Assembly (NCBI GenBank): GCA_963924565.1
Contig: OZ004615.1
Location: 19,406,001-19,470,000, forward strand
From: Ascidiella aspersa
Taxonomy: Eukaryota
DNA length: 64,000 nt
Direction: 5' to 3'
In this document: positions 1-13,639 of the stretch, in pieces
How positions within the stretch are numbered: position 1 is the stretch's first letter
Layout: the number at the start of each line of letters is the position of its first letter
Notes under the pieces: model-generated
The model's input: only the letters and a program-made list of their open reading frames with translations
Databases searched by the model: none
What the model was told of the DNA's origin: nothing
Position numbers and translations under genes: made by a program

Positions 1-3000
1 TTTTTATTCTAACTTTTGCTTGCGAAAATCGTACTTTTCTAATAAAAATATCTCAGTTTTACAATAGGTTCAACTGCACATGTCACGGGATAAATATATT
101 GCTAAGCACTTTATTGCCGCAACTGAGTCTAGATGGGTAAGGTGTCATTGTGTGACGTCATGGCGCACAGTTTAAGAATCCATATGAATAAAAATTGAAC
201 TATTAGGCTCAAAGAACCAATGCGCTACGAACGATTATTTTATAGGAGATCGGGCAAGTAGAGCAAATTGCACGCAAAGGTTACATGGGTTTTACGTACA
301 CGTACAGGTGCAGCACCGAACGAGATAAAAGTCCCGAGTGCGAGTTTCACGGATACACGGCCTATCAGGTCGGTGGTCGACCACAGAACGCGAAAACGAC
401 GCCGTAAAAATTTACTACAGAAGCGAAAAGACCGAGCTGAGAGATTTTCGGCGAAAAAGCGAGCGAGACAGGAAAACAAACAGAACCGATGAGCGGTTAC
501 CATAACGGAACCAAACAGTGGCCGACCAGCTGCTGGGACCCTTTACGACTCTTGTGTGGGGGGTTGTTATATGCGCGCGTGGCCGGGCATACTTTGACCT
601 GGGCTTTATATTGCCTTGGCCACTGTAAGAAGTCGGGCGCGCGCTGAAAATATGCCCCGTTGTGTATTCTCTCGTTAAAAGGTTACCACCTATGTCGAGA
701 AGGGCCGAGCGAAAGCGCAATGTATACGGATCGCGAAACGGTTTATTCGCCAATCAAGCGACGTCACACAAAAGGCAATGACGCCGCAACCTTCAAAGCG
801 ACTTTTGAGCTTGCTCGAAACGTTATCGTCCAGGCGCGTCGGCATAATTGACTCGAAATTGGCCTCGTTATAACCGTTTGTTGACCCAAGATAGCAAAGA
901 TAACGCCAAGGCCCGCAATCCTAAAGAGTCCGGGGCATAAATATTTATATCGACCAATGTTTGCCCTTCTTATAAATGTGATGAAACAGAAACAGCCAGA
1001 CTTGCACAATAAATCATGGGACGAAAGCTTGATTTGCCAATGCGAAGTTGCTGTTTAAAACTGCCAATATTTGCCTTACCCAACGTTGAACAGTTCAACT
1101 GCTTTATAGGGTATACCAGTATATTAATAGTTTACAAGACTAATGGTGAAATAAAACATACGAAAAACCATCCCTTTTATAGATATTTCCATTTGCATTA
1201 AGTACAGGGGTGTGTTTTACTTTTGATGAGTAGAAGATGAACGGTTTGATGTCACATAACACGCACCGGGTTATTAACAAAAAGTTTTTTTTATAGAGGA
1301 CAGTTAAACAATTTATCTAAAACTTGATTCGTGTGCCGATAATATTCGGGAAAATATTGCAGGTTTGGCAGTGCTTTCCAACAAATGCGTTCAAAAGAGA
1401 ACTTAAGCCTTGTTTACGTCAAGGTTGATCTAAACATTTCCCTATACACGTAAATATACGAGAATTTAATACAAATCTAACCCTTAAATTGCCTACAAAA
1501 ACATCAAAACGCTATTCCACACACGTCAAACGGGATCCCGAAAATTGCCGGTGCTATAAGGTCTAGGCCCCAGCCAGATCCGGGCTTATAAAACGTTCAC
1601 CAACAATCTGCAATTGCTGGATCTTTGGTGGGAATAAGCCAGCTTTTAAATGCCTGTGGTCGGAAAAGGGCCCAAGCTAATTAGCGGATTTATGCGCATT
1701 TTCATGACTTGGAGACAGGGGCCGGAGAGCGATATAATTGCCGCTTCATAGTGTTGAGAAAATGTGGAAATGCGTAGAATTTGGGAACGTTAACTTGTGT
1801 GTTCGAGCGACGTCGACGGTTAGTGCCAGATTACAGGCTGCCGATTCTCTTTTTTTGAGGCTTACGTCAGAGATTTAGAATGGCGTCCATGTAGAAATTA
1901 GATTGCGGGCGGAACTGGAAATCGACAGTTTTAAGAGAAATAATTGCTACCAACCCGTGTTGAGAAAAGTAAAACGTGCAGTGAATGGTTAAAAGTGATG
2001 TATTGCGATTGGTCAACAGCTGCGCGCGCATCAAATCCAACACACAACTTTGAATTTTGTCAGGTTGGCCGCATTGGTTTAACAAATTGGAGTCCGCGGA
2101 CCCCTGGCGGCCCATGATAGAGGTTCAATGAGTCGGCACAACAGCATCTTTTGGATTATTATTTAATTTATGAATAGTATTAGCTGAATCACTTCATTCC
2201 TAATGAATTTTAACGATAATAACGCATATGACAACTTGTCATGAACTGTACGAATTTTGTGAGTATAAATTGAATGCTGGAATATTTATCGTATAGCATT
2301 TCGCCAACAAATCGTTGTTTATCGGAGTCTGTCATTATGTTAACGAAACAAAGGGACCCGACAGGTAAAAACGATTGACAACCAACAAGTTAAGGGTGCG
2401 CAAACAATTCCGGCTTAAAATAATAATGAAGACGTACAGAAACCGGCCATAAAACGCAACGCGTGTCTGAACAAGGATCCTATGGCCAACACAGCCAAGT
2501 TAGGTTGATTTTGTGGCGCAGGACAAATAGTCCCAACAAGCAAATCTACCCGACAAGGTACAAGTGCCAAAGATTTTTATCGAGGTCGAGTGCTTTTGTG
2601 TCCTTTCCCCCAAGAATACCAACGTCGTATTGTCAAGTTGCTGATTTAAATGCCGATTCACTCTTTGGAGGGCGAGGTTACTGGGTGAAAAAATGGCGCG
2701 GTTGATATATTATCAAAAAAAAATTTAGATCCCTTCTCAATGAGCTGTCTAGAGCTATGCTAACATTTTTTAGGGGGGTTGTCCATGTAACGAACTTTCA
2801 GAATTATATTCTCTTTTTTTGTTTTTCAGCGGTAAAAATCTCATCTTAACCATTCACAAAAGCACCCCTTTATAATTTTTAAATCATTCCTTTAGGGATA
2901 ATTAATATCCGTTGTATAAGAACCAATGGTATAGGTCACTAAAATCTGGTTTACGTCTGGGCAGGCATTTCACGTTTGTTCAAGCAAGTTTGGGTGATAT

Positions 3001-3833
3001 TTGAAAACCCTAAGGCAAGAAGACAATGGAGACAACTGGTCCAAGAGCAGCTTTAGAAAGAGCATCGAAAAACCGGCCAAACACTGAAGAGAGCCAAGAA
3101 CGCTCAGGTCAAAACGAAAAGCCGAGTCATTTTTAGAGAGAACCCAGCATTCAAGCTGGCGTTGAAACACAAGCCAAAAGGGCCGCTGCTGTATAAATAT
3201 GTATTAGAGGGAGCGGTGCAAGCTGGCCGGACGGTAGTGCGACAATCGGCCGGCGTCGGTTTTGATCTTCAAGGTTTAAATTGCCGTTGAAAAAGCTACC
3301 GCGCCTAAAATAAACGTCGCGGATCAATTGGCAAACGTGGGTGCTTTGTGGTGATGACCTTTGCCGCTGCTGGTTAAGCTCACCTAAACGACAGCTGTCT
3401 TTGTTTGGTCCTCATGACAAAGGAAGGGGCCAATTTTTTTTAACAATTGTCCCCAACCGCAGCACGCTCCTTGGAACTGTGTCCAATTCAAACTTGGAAC
3501 GTCCAACGGGCGACGGCCGCCTGCACTTCCCCTTGGCCTGCGTCGTAGCCGCGCACACGGCACGTTTTTTGCGTCGAAACCGTGGCTATGTCACGTCCCG
3601 CGCTTTTTTTAGAATCGCTTGTTGGCCGAAGGCTTTGAACGCGAGCGAACAAAGGACTTACGGCGCGACCGCGAGGAACTTTGCGGTCGGAATTCGACGT
3701 TGGCTATATAATGTCGGGGCAGTTTTCCTGTTTTGTCCCTCGATGAATGTTGCGTTGAGCTTTCAAGAAAGCTTCAGGACGTTGAGTAATTATATGACTC
3801 GTTTTATTATACAAAAAAAAAACGTATTTCAGT

Positions 3834-3977
3834 CACGTTGCACAATTCAAGTCTGTTAAAAATAACGAGTCCGGGTAAGGTCGTTTTCGAAACAAAGGCA
3901 TTGATCCAGTAAAGTTATTTAAATGGTCGAATCTAAGTCATGAGTATCTAAAAATAAATCGAATGTTACACAACCTG
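3834..3977. mobile_element. Degenerate AAGTC-rich MITE relic
   Basis: Internal AAGTC/GAGTC motifs. Ends CACGTTGCACAAT ... GTTACACAACCTG form only an imperfect TIR, and there is no clear TSD. Confidence 0.35.
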
Positions 3978-6428
3978 TTTTACATGTACAACAAGCAGGA
4001 CTAACACCTTTAAGTAAAAGTTAGGCAAGTCATTACAATAAGTATAGAAAAATCTGTTTTTTTTAATATTTATACTCAACAAAACAAATCACAACGAAGT
4101 AGTGGTGTTTTTGTTAGACAGCCTTTATCGTGCCTTGCATTAGGCAGATGCCTGTTACTTTGCGGCGGGATAATTTGGTGTTAAAAAAGTATCGTTTTTG
4201 CGTTACTTTTAACGTCCCGTAAGTTACTCAAGCCCTTTTTATTTCAAACTGACCTTGTGAGCATTTATCACAAGGGCTACGTGAGTTTTTCGGTCTACAA
4301 ATTAGTGGCGATATAATTGGGCGGATAGAACACATAGCAAGCACGGCGACGTACGGTATTTAACGTCGACCGGCTTTCGCGCAGACGGGAGGGCAATTTG
4401 CCTAGAAAAAATCTACAAATTTGCCCCGAAATTGGGCGTATCCTGCCCAAGAATGAATCATCTGGCCCCAGTTTGTCCCAAAACACGCGATTTTGTCCTT
4501 TAAACCAAACTAAGTGGACAACGACGCCCGGCGTTTTAAATTGCATTGTGGCCTGGGCCGATCTAAATTTAGCTTTATTCGGTCGATCGTCCGGGGCCTT
4601 GGGGTTGAACGGCCGGGCCTTAATTGCCGGGGTTCCAATGGCATTGGTTAATCGCGTAACGCAATTACGCGGTCGGGCCGCGGAACCGGCGCGGTCGTGC
4701 CCAGCGCGGCCAATCGACCCGCGCCAATTTCCCGCCAAGTTTCGACCGCACAATGCCGCGCTTTGTTTCAGGCGCGCAAGTGATGAATCGTAATTGGGCC
4801 GGAGAAATAAGGGGAAATTTGCCCCTGGTTCATGCAGATACTTCAAAATTTAGTTCATACAGACATGGGCTTCAGGTATGGACTTCCTTTTTGCAAATGT
4901 GCTGTCGGAAACGTGTAACAGACTGCTTTTTTTACGTCTCTGTAGGGGGCAGATTGCAACTATTAATATTTAGGATTTACAATTAATAATATTCCGTGTT
5001 ATGCTATAGCCCCACTACAAGTGGGAGTACTCAAAATGTCTTGTTGTTGACACATCGCAAAAAAAATTGTATAGTTTACCATTAGGTCAGTTAATTATGA
5101 CATTGCGGAAAACCAGGCTTTCAGTAAGTTCAATCACGGATAACCAAGAAATCTGTACGGTTTTGCCTGACCCCTTTTTAGTGAATAAAAGCGAAGGTGG
5201 AAAAGTGCTTTTCGAAGTAGTCATAAAGCTCTCTTCGGTTCCAGAGCCGGGCGACTGAGGAGCTCGCAAACAAAAAATCCGAAATGCTAAACCATTATTA
5301 AGTTTACTTACTTGTGCAGGGTTTCGGCAGAGCTAGGACGGTCGGCGTGTAGCAGCAGGTGGCCAGAAGTAGAAAAAAGAGGCGAAGCAGCGACGAAAGT
5401 TGATTTCTACTGAAGCTTGCAGCCGTTGAGCCCGAGCAGTCGGTTTCATATTGCTTTGTTTTCGAACACTTTAAAACAGTCGCGTTCATCGTCCGACAAA
5501 AATCGACTCGGCTGCTCGAGTCCGTCCGCGAGTTTGTGACGTCATCACTGCGATGACGTAATGGCTTGTGACGCGGCGGCGCGCTTACGAGGCGGCGTCG
5601 GCGCGCGCAGTGGCATTGCTGCTTGCGTTCATTGTTCGGGCGAGGTACATCCATAACAGGGAAGCACACAAGGGCGAGGAACCTGCCAGCTTTTCGCTCT
5701 TGGTGGGAATGAAGGGGCGGCCAGTTGGTGTCAGCTCTTGACGCGACTCGTTCTACATTTTCGCTACGGTTTTTATGCTGAAATTCTGCGGAAAGACAAA
5801 ATATATGTTCGTGGGTGTTCATATCTTTGGGCAGGTGGTCGTTTTTCGAAAAGGCAAGATTGGTATTCTAAACTTAACAGGGGTACACCACCATAGTTGA
5901 AGGCAATGGTTGTCAACTTTGACGACCGCGTAAAATGGCTTAATGCTGTGAATGCTTACCCCTTGTGTTTAAATCTCAAGTTTACTAATGCCTTTTCAGG
6001 TTATAAAGCCGTATATTTTAGATTGCAGATCGAATAATGTGGCAAACATGGACTACAAATAGCTGCACGCGCAATACTATTACCCCAAACTCCACAAAAA
6101 ACACCTGGGAACTACCAGCGTGCCACCGGATAAACCTTTACGTATCATTAGTCACGTCTACCACAGATCGGGGACCAGTGTTTTTTAAGGGTTGTGGTTT
6201 ATGCAAAGGTTGGAAACCGCTTTTTAGCTGCTTCAATGAGGTAAAAGCTTCAGTAAAACACTGTACAAGGGAGATCAGCAAACCAAGGCCAAATGTTGCA
6301 AATCTGCAGCATTAAAGCGACGGATTACATATAATCCTTAACAACGGTTTTCCGACGTGGCCTTAATGAATAAATTTGACACATGTGCTCGATTAGGGCG
6401 AGCAAAAAAACTCCCGTTGCTTTTCTGC

Positions 6429-6484
6429 TGCATTAGATGCATTTATTCTGCTTTAGATGCATTTATGTTGTATTAGATGCATTT
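6429..6484. repeat. 20-bp tandem repeat, ~2.8 copies (TGCATTAGATGCATTTATTC)
   Basis: Units tgcattagatgcatttattc / tgctttagatgcatttatgt / tgtattagatgcattt are directly visible. Confidence 0.85.
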
Positions 6485-6857
6485 CAAACAAACACGCCGG
6501 TTGTAAGTGCACTCTGTCGTCATCTAAGTCGCCGCAAAATCCGCCTGCAAGTCCATAAATATCGTGTTTGTTGCCACTCAGTCTTGCCGTCCCACTTGCA
6601 AAGATTAGCGCGCGTAAAGCGCTTAGCGCCGGGCAAAGCAGACAACTTTAAAACGGTGCACTGTTACGGATCAAGGTATTTGCGTCGGCTTGGAATTCTT
6701 CCTGGAAGCGCGTGTACATACAGACAGGGGACTGAAGTATTCCGAGGGACCCTGTCGCCCATAACGGCAAGGAAATCGCAAAACTTTCACCGAAATACCT
6801 TCTGAATGCCAAAATAGACGAAACGGCGCCAAACAAGCAGTGTCGAATTTTGCTCAC

Positions 6858-6973
6858 ATTAACTGAAGATGATACGCAAGCTCTTATCGAAACGTCTTTA
6901 TAATTGAGATGTTGTCGAACTACTCGACCTTTTATGCTTTGCAGTTGATTATCAAGCAAATTTGCTTTTACAG
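6858..6973 (+). mobile_element. Penelope-like/retrozyme-type short element with minimal hammerhead core, family A
   Basis: ATTAA-CTGAAGA(6863-69)-T-GATA[10 nt]TATC-GAAA-CGTC-TTTAT. The tail ...CTACTCGACCTTTTATGCTTTGCAGTTGATTATCAAGC aligns with the minus strand of 25757-25833. Confidence 0.75.
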
Positions 6974-8005
6974 TTGAAAATAAGCTAAGAACTTGCACAA
7001 AATATGTGATCGCTTTTCCAACTAACGCAAAAGTAGACCGCCGGATTCCTGTTTGATGGCGTCACGCAAGCCGAAACTTTTTCGAGAAGGATCTTTAAGG
7101 TTTTCCCCCTCCCCCAATTTTAATTCATCGGCGTGGCGTTTGCGTACAACTATACACAGCGACAGCAGAAAACGGGCTTCTAAACGGTTATTTTTCAACT
7201 CGACCGGGATTAGCGGCGCTGCTGGGACCCGGGCGCATCGATCACTGCATTTGTAAACGGATTCCATTGAGGTTTACAAGCCGACTCGATCGCCACGTGG
7301 TAAAGGCTGCTCTATAGCAGCAGCGGCCGCAATATGAGGCGACTTTCAACTGGGCTTGAACTGCCAACTGCGCGGGTGGCCTCAAAACGGTGGCTTGCTT
7401 CAAAGCCGACGATCACATTGCAACAAAATAACAACAGGCCCGATCCGCGCGCGTTTTTCCAGGAAAAAACCTCCTTTCATGTTTGTTTCGGCAACGGTGT
7501 AGCGCAATCGCCGACAAAACGTCGCAGAATGCAAACACGATTTCCCTGAGTAAAACAATGCCCACTTTTTTGGCAGTTGCGGCACGCTGCGCTCTGGTTT
7601 ACACTGGAGCGTAAATAAAACTGTGCAGTCAATTTTCAATCGACGTTTCAAATACATCGCAAAATGCCACCAGTTTTGAACCCAACCGGAAACTAGTTTT
7701 AGTTGAAAATCGTATACAAAAGTTATTTTTTACCAATTGATGAATAAGTCTAATCAAACAAGCCTGTACTGATAATTTTGGCGATGTATACTGAGTTCTA
7801 CAATCGGGGTGTATGTGTATTGAATCTTGAACGATTGGTACTATGTTTTGGCCGACACTGTACGATTATATTTCAAGAATTTATGATGTAAATCAAACAT
7901 ATATACGTTGTCAAGAACAAATGTTTTTTTCTGTACACAGATTTCTTTAATTTATGTTTTACATTTTTTTTCCACACCAAAGGTTTCTGCTATACACCAG
8001 TCATG

Positions 8006-8461
8006 AAGTGTTGTAAACAAGTCATTTTTAAATGGTTCAAGTCTTAGTCTAAGTCATCAACTAGCCAAGTAAAGGCCAGTCAAGTCGTTAATATAGCAAG
8101 CTAACTTCAAGTCAAGTCTGTGTCATAAAAAATAAAACCTTAACTGATAAAGTCGTTTGATTATGAGCAATAACTCGAATACAAAATAACGAAAACGCAA
8201 CATATAGCCAGCAAATTATTTTTAGTGCACCAATTGAAATAAAAAACATCATTTTATTGAAAACTTATTGAATGAAATAACTTGATTTTAACCCAAGTTA
8301 TTTGACACAATGACTAAAGTCAAAGTCAAGTAATTTGTACAAAAGATTAAGTGAAGTCAAGTTGTTTTAACCAAAATACTTAAGTCAAGTCGATTCATTT
8401 CAAAACAGTGACTTAAGTGCACTTAAGTCTATAGTCATTGACTAAAGTCATTACAACACTG
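8006..8461 (+). mobile_element. AAGTC-rich hAT-like MITE, most complete copy
   Basis: TIR (A)AGTGTTGTAA ... TTACAACACTG. Flanks CAGTCATG/CAGTTTTG match 6/8 (degraded 8-bp TSD). Dense AAGTC/GACT subterminal repeats, with homologous segments at 10.6, 31.5, 37.9 and 42.8 kb. Confidence 0.8.
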
Positions 8462-8586
8462 CAGTTTTGTCAACCTGAAACCCACTATATTATAAAGTGT
8501 CCCGTGGGCAACTTGTTGACGACAATAGACGGCCACTCGATATTCGACGGCCCACCTACTGCAGTCAAAACAACAACGCCGCAGCA

Positions 8587-8620
8587 CCTACCCCTACCCC
8601 TACCCCAAACCCCAGCCCCC
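8587..8620 (-). repeat. (CCCCTA)n-like hexamer run, telomere-variant-like; potential G-quadruplex on minus strand
   Basis: cctacccctacccctaccccaaaccccagccccc contains five C4-5 tracts. Confidence 0.6.
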
Positions 8621-9246
8621 ACTGTGGGTACGTATCCCCTTTCACTTGCATTTCGACAACTCGTTGGGGGGCTCGATTTCAACGCTGCCCCCGTCTGTTT
8701 GGTTTTGGGTCAGCGACGAAACGTGCACCCCACGCAAGCCCCCGAATAATGCACAATGCCCCCGGGTAAAAGATCAAGCCGCCGGGGTCGGGATGAAATA
8801 AGGGGATACGTTTATAGCATGTTGTCGGCTATTGTACCCTTAAAGTAATTGTCATATGGAGCAAACTTTAGATTGAGCATGAAAACGAAGGCTGAATTGT
8901 CAGATTTCTTCGAAAAATGCAAAGAATGAATATCAAAGCTAAAGTAAACTGGCCTACAAATTCATCGTTTTATAATTCCACCAAGAACAGACGGAGGCTA
9001 CGTCTAATAAACGATTTCGAGGGTAAAACTAACGTTTTCTGTATGGTTAACACATAAATTAATACCTTGTTTACACAGTGCTCAGCACAAACTGTAAGCT
9101 TGCTGAACAATGTTATCCATTTAGTGCCAGTGCAGTATTGTATTAAGCCACGATATGCTAATCTCTTTTTTTTCGTTTATTTGTTCAATGCCACCTAATT
9201 AATTTCTTAAATGTTTGTTTTTTTGTTTCGAAATTATTATCTAAAC

Positions 9247-10147
9247 CAGTGGTCTCCAACCTATGGGTCGCGACCCCAAGTCGGGTCGCCTAAAATTTTT
9301 CTGGGGTGATGTTGTTGTTGTTGTTTCGTTTGTGCCAAGATTTTGCATTATTCCGGGCTAGATTTTGGGGCAGATGTTGGCCAGCCAGTATATTGTTTGG
9401 TCGTCCAAATTCTTCAGACCATGCACTCCATGCGGTGCTCGTAGAATTCTGCACTCCTCAATGACGTGATCTACGGTTTGTTCTTCCGCACCGCACTCGC
9501 AGTCGGGGCTAGGCCCCATTTGTACATTGTTGAGCTAAAACGCCCAACACCTGTTCTCAACCGGTTAACAGTGATGTCACACTAATAGACGTGACTGAGT
9601 ACATAGCAAAGATAAGCCTTTCTACATAAACTAGGTGTTTTTAGCTCTTAGGACCTGCTAGGTTACAAATATTTCAGCAAATATTTATTTTTGGACTTTC
9701 CGTTTTCAACCACATGGCTTTGTTTAACGAAATTCAGCGCAATGAGCATTACTAAAAACGAAACATCGTAAATCGCTTGGAAGTAGAGCATGCCATGCGG
9801 TTATGCTTATGCAAAGTTTTTTAAAACTGGTGGACACTATGCAGGCGCAACCATCACACAAAATGCAATTTAGTGTTGAAACAATTTGAATTTTATGTGT
9901 TCGTTCGTGTGCTAAATTTAAATTCATAATTCAAATAAAACTTCCTAAAAGAAATCATTTTAATGCACAAATGTAGCTACAGCTTTTTAATGTGTATAAT
10001 TTACGCATATTTGCTCATGTTACTTAGTCCCAGCATTATTATATATATATTTTATTCCTATCTGAAAACAAAATGGGGTCGCAATGTAAATTCTGATTTT
10101 ATTTTATTTAAATTGGGGTCGCTTATTGAAAGGGTTAGAGACCACTG
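9247..10147. mobile_element. Non-autonomous hAT (Charlie-like) MITE carrying a nested LINE fragment
   Basis: TIR CAGTGGTCTCCAACC / GGTTAGAGACCACTG, subterminal GGGTCGC repeats at both ends, and 8-bp TSD ATCTAAAC/ATTTAAAC (7/8). Confidence 0.9.
9313..9570 (-). mobile_element. 5'-truncated non-LTR retrotransposon 3' end (I-group, Ingi/Vingi-like ORF2 C-terminal zinc knuckle)
   Basis: Minus strand reads VNRLRTGVGRFSSTMYKWGL / frameshift / SPDCECGAEEQTVDHVIEECRILRAPHGVHGLKNLDDQTIYWLANICPKI* (stop at 9358-60), then a short 3'UTR and (CAA)n tail. Flanked by GTGATGT direct repeats (9306-12, 9571-77). Confidence 0.85.
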
Positions 10148-10559
10148 ATTTAAACAACATAAAAGCAATAATTGTGTCTAAATCGACATGCCCGTCGCCA
10201 AATGTATTACTCATCATTGTTGAAAAAGGTGGCTAACCAAAGTCAAACTAAATTCGGCTCAAGCCTTGTTAATATAACATCCATCTACTGGGCCCGATTT
10301 GGCACTGTTAGTTCAACAGTGACCACATAAATCGTAACACTGTTTGAATATACTTTAAGCGACTGTGATAGGAATAATATTCAAAAGATTAACCTAGTTC
10401 CAACGTGTTTGATTAGATGGCGTGCGAATAGCCTTGTCTTTGATGGGCGCCCTACCTCATCGTCAAGTGCAGGCGTATATTACCAGAAATGAGCTCATTA
10501 CGCTGTCCGAACAAAGGGTACAAGTTTAAGGTTATTTGATTCTTCCATTATTTTCTTAG

Positions 10560-10972
10560 TTTTTTAAACTAGTCCTTCTGAAGTGACTTAAGTTACAGTC
10601 AAGTAAATTTACAAAGTCCAAGTAAACTAAACAATTAGTCAAGTCAAGTCCAAGTTACGTAATTTTCATCTAAAACAAGTTCGTGTTCAAAAGACTTGAA
10701 AAAATGGTGAACACGTTCCCAACCTGAGCAATATTTCGCTTAGCAAGCAACACAAACGAAACGTAAAGCAAGTTAATATTTTTACATTCATTAATTGGCG
10801 TGAATAAGTATATTTAATTAAATCACTAAATTCTTAAATTCAGTTCAAGTCGCATAGATGATGTTTAAGTCCAGTCATTCATCCAATTAATTCAAGCCAA
10901 GTCATTTGAAACCAGGGACAATAAAAGTATGCACTTAAATTAACTCAACTGACTAAAGTCATTACAACATTG
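10560..10972 (+). mobile_element. AAGTC-rich MITE copy (5' end degraded, start approximate)
   Basis: 3' end GACTAAAGTCATTACAACATTG matches the 8006-8461 terminus, and there are many AAGTC motifs. Confidence 0.7.
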
Positions 10973-13419
10973 TGTTTTCTTGGAAAAATTTGGCGTTTTT
11001 TTTTTCAGAGCGCTGCTTAAATTTGAGATAGGTATTTCGAGGACACGCCAAAAACAGTTTTCTTACGAGTTAACGACATCCGACTTAAAACAAACCGCTT
11101 AAAACAAATAACGGCAGCAGTTAAAAATAATTGAGCAATTTTCTTGAATAAAAAGGCAAAACAAACAAGCATCGGAAGGACGCATGCCGATGCATAAGCG
11201 TCCTAGAGAGAGGGAAAATGTATACGTGAAGTGTCGAAAAATGTTTGTTGCTTCAATTCATTATATTCCGACCTTGGCTGGCCGATAGCGATCGGGAGTC
11301 GCGGCCCTTCGGAACAATTTAGTCGCAATTACTCGGGTCGAAAAGCACCCTCCCCCATTCCCGGCCCAAAACTGCCCTCCATTCAAAGGCGGGATTGGCA
11401 GATAGCGTCGGCGTCATGGCCGATAAGCATCAGTAACATGTTGCCAGCATTGAGGCCCTGGCCATTTGGCGTATACGCGTTCTTAAAGACACTGCATTTG
11501 TGCTTTTTGTGTTGGCGCTCTCTCAACCTTTGCTTGCGCATATGTCGGGCTCGATATAATTGCGCACGCGAGTGAGGGGCAGAACGATTTGTCGGCGCGA
11601 GTGAAAAGCGTAATTGCACGGGAAAGCCTAAATTGCGAAAGGTCGGTGCACGCTTTTATCTTTCCCGTGAGCCTAAAGTTTATAGGCCATAGTCCAATCT
11701 TGCAATTGGTCGACCATCGCAGTTTTGCAAAACGGTAGGCTACTTTAAAAAATGAATAGTAGAACAAAAGAAAGACAGAAGGAGTATGTATGAAAAGTGG
11801 CACACGCAAAAAGTTGCTAATTAATTTAGTAAATTGTTTTTTATTCTTTGACTGATGTTAATACAAATGCGTATTAAAAGCTCTTAATTTACATGGTGTC
11901 AATCTGCCTATTTGATTTTGACATTCATATTCAAGCAAATTTAATTCTATTTTGAAATTATTTTAATAAATATAATAAAACCATCTAGCAGGACAGCCAA
12001 GAAAGTGTTAAAAGTCCGTAGTCGTGTGTTTCTTTCCACCGGTTTTTACATACACCCGGATTACGGATATAGCGAATCAAACTTAAAGGTTTCGTGCGGC
12101 CTTGCACGTTTTATTGCTAAGAAATCACTTCAAACCTCGCCGTAACCTCTTCCACAACCTTCAGGCAAATCTCAAGATTGGCGACTTACCAGAGAAAAAG
12201 CTTACTGCAAATTACAGATCAAAGGTTCGCAACCTATCCTTTCAAAACTACACTGACGCATATTAAACGGCAGTGATAAGTCAATGGGTGAGTGAAGTGC
12301 GCATTTTTGTCAAATTACTCAATCTAACTTAAGTCTTTGATGCAAAGTTACCATATATGACTTGGTCATTTAGCTAAATGACTACAGCCAAATGATTACT
12401 TTCTTAACGGTTTAGAGGCAAAAAACACCCCTTTTTGTAAAAAAAAAACAATTCTTGTAGTTTTGAACGCCTAAACAAAAAACTGTTTATAAATATGTTT
12501 AAGTATGAGTGAATTTGGTTAACTGATGTTTGAAATTGGGTTTGCTTTTCTAACTGGAAATAAAAGTTTGAATTTAAGACGGGCCATTTCCACGAGACGT
12601 TTACCAAAAGCGAGGATTCAATTCCTAACTTGAACTTGCATCAGCTTCAAACGAGGAAACATTTTGCTAATAATCAGGTCCGACGTGAAACCACTTTATG
12701 CCGCGCCTTGAAATTGGCACATAATACGATGCAATGCGGTCTACGTCTAAGTCATGAGCATCAAACGATGATGCCAAACGGCCAAGCTGCTCTCACATAA
12801 ACTCTTAGAAAACGCTCAATCGCTGCACAAAATTAGACAGCTGTGAGTGGACGAAAATGCCTCGGCAGGTGTCCTTGACTCAGTCGCCCAGCATGCATAT
12901 CTATACATCAAAGCGAAACCGCCAGCGTAATTGGCCTTCTTGTGCGCTTGGGAAAATCGCCTTTAATGTATAAGATATGTGTCGCAGGCCTACACTTAAA
13001 ATTGCGAAATACACTTAGGCGCGGCGCCGGTTTCTTTTGTTCTGACTTATGACCTTCTCATTTTAAACGAGAACTTGCCGGTCCGGACGCCGGGAGTCAC
13101 GTTTTTCAAAATACGTCAAACGTAATTTCTGCACAAAATCTATGCATTTTTTGGATAATCGTCAAAAACGCAAAAAAGAGGAAAATTTTTAAAGCGGGTT
13201 AAATTTCGAAATATTGTTAAGTTAAGACAAAGCAACTGGTTAACTCGTTTACGACGAACTTATTTATGTTTATAAAAAAGGTCTGGACAAACTATAGCTT
13301 TAAGATGACACAACTTTTAAACAAATCACAAGAATAAACTGAAAACCTTAAAGCCAAAAATCATCCAAGAAAATAAAAGTTTTCACAGAATATTTTGATC
13401 TATAATAGAGCTTTGAAAC

Positions 13420-13639
13420 AGAAACTTTTGTACACTAAACACGGATCTGTTCATAATCTTCAGTAGAAAGAGAGTGGCCCAAATAATAGATAAAAGATTC
13501 ATTCTTTTATTAGCAAACGTTTCGGCAAGTGCTTTTGCATCATCAGTGCGGTAAGTGAGGCTAAGATAAAAACGAGTCACTATATAGAATCTTTTATCTA
13601 TTATTTGGTCCACTCTCTTTCTACTGAAGAAACTTTTGT
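13420..13639 (-). mobile_element. Hairpin insertion with hammerhead-like core, family B
   Basis: 44-bp inverted arms 13457-13500/13587-13630 (1 mismatch). The loop on the minus strand reads GCA-CTGATGA-T-GCAA[6]TTGC-C-GAAA-CGTT-TGC-TAATAAA. 12-bp direct repeat AGAAACTTTTGT at 13420-31 and 13628-39. Confidence 0.8.

Noticed and set aside
8006-8461. AAGTC repeats as a CRISPR-like array
   Set aside because: Repeats are 5-10 bp with irregular spacing inside TIR-bounded elements, there are no cas genes, and the context is eukaryotic.
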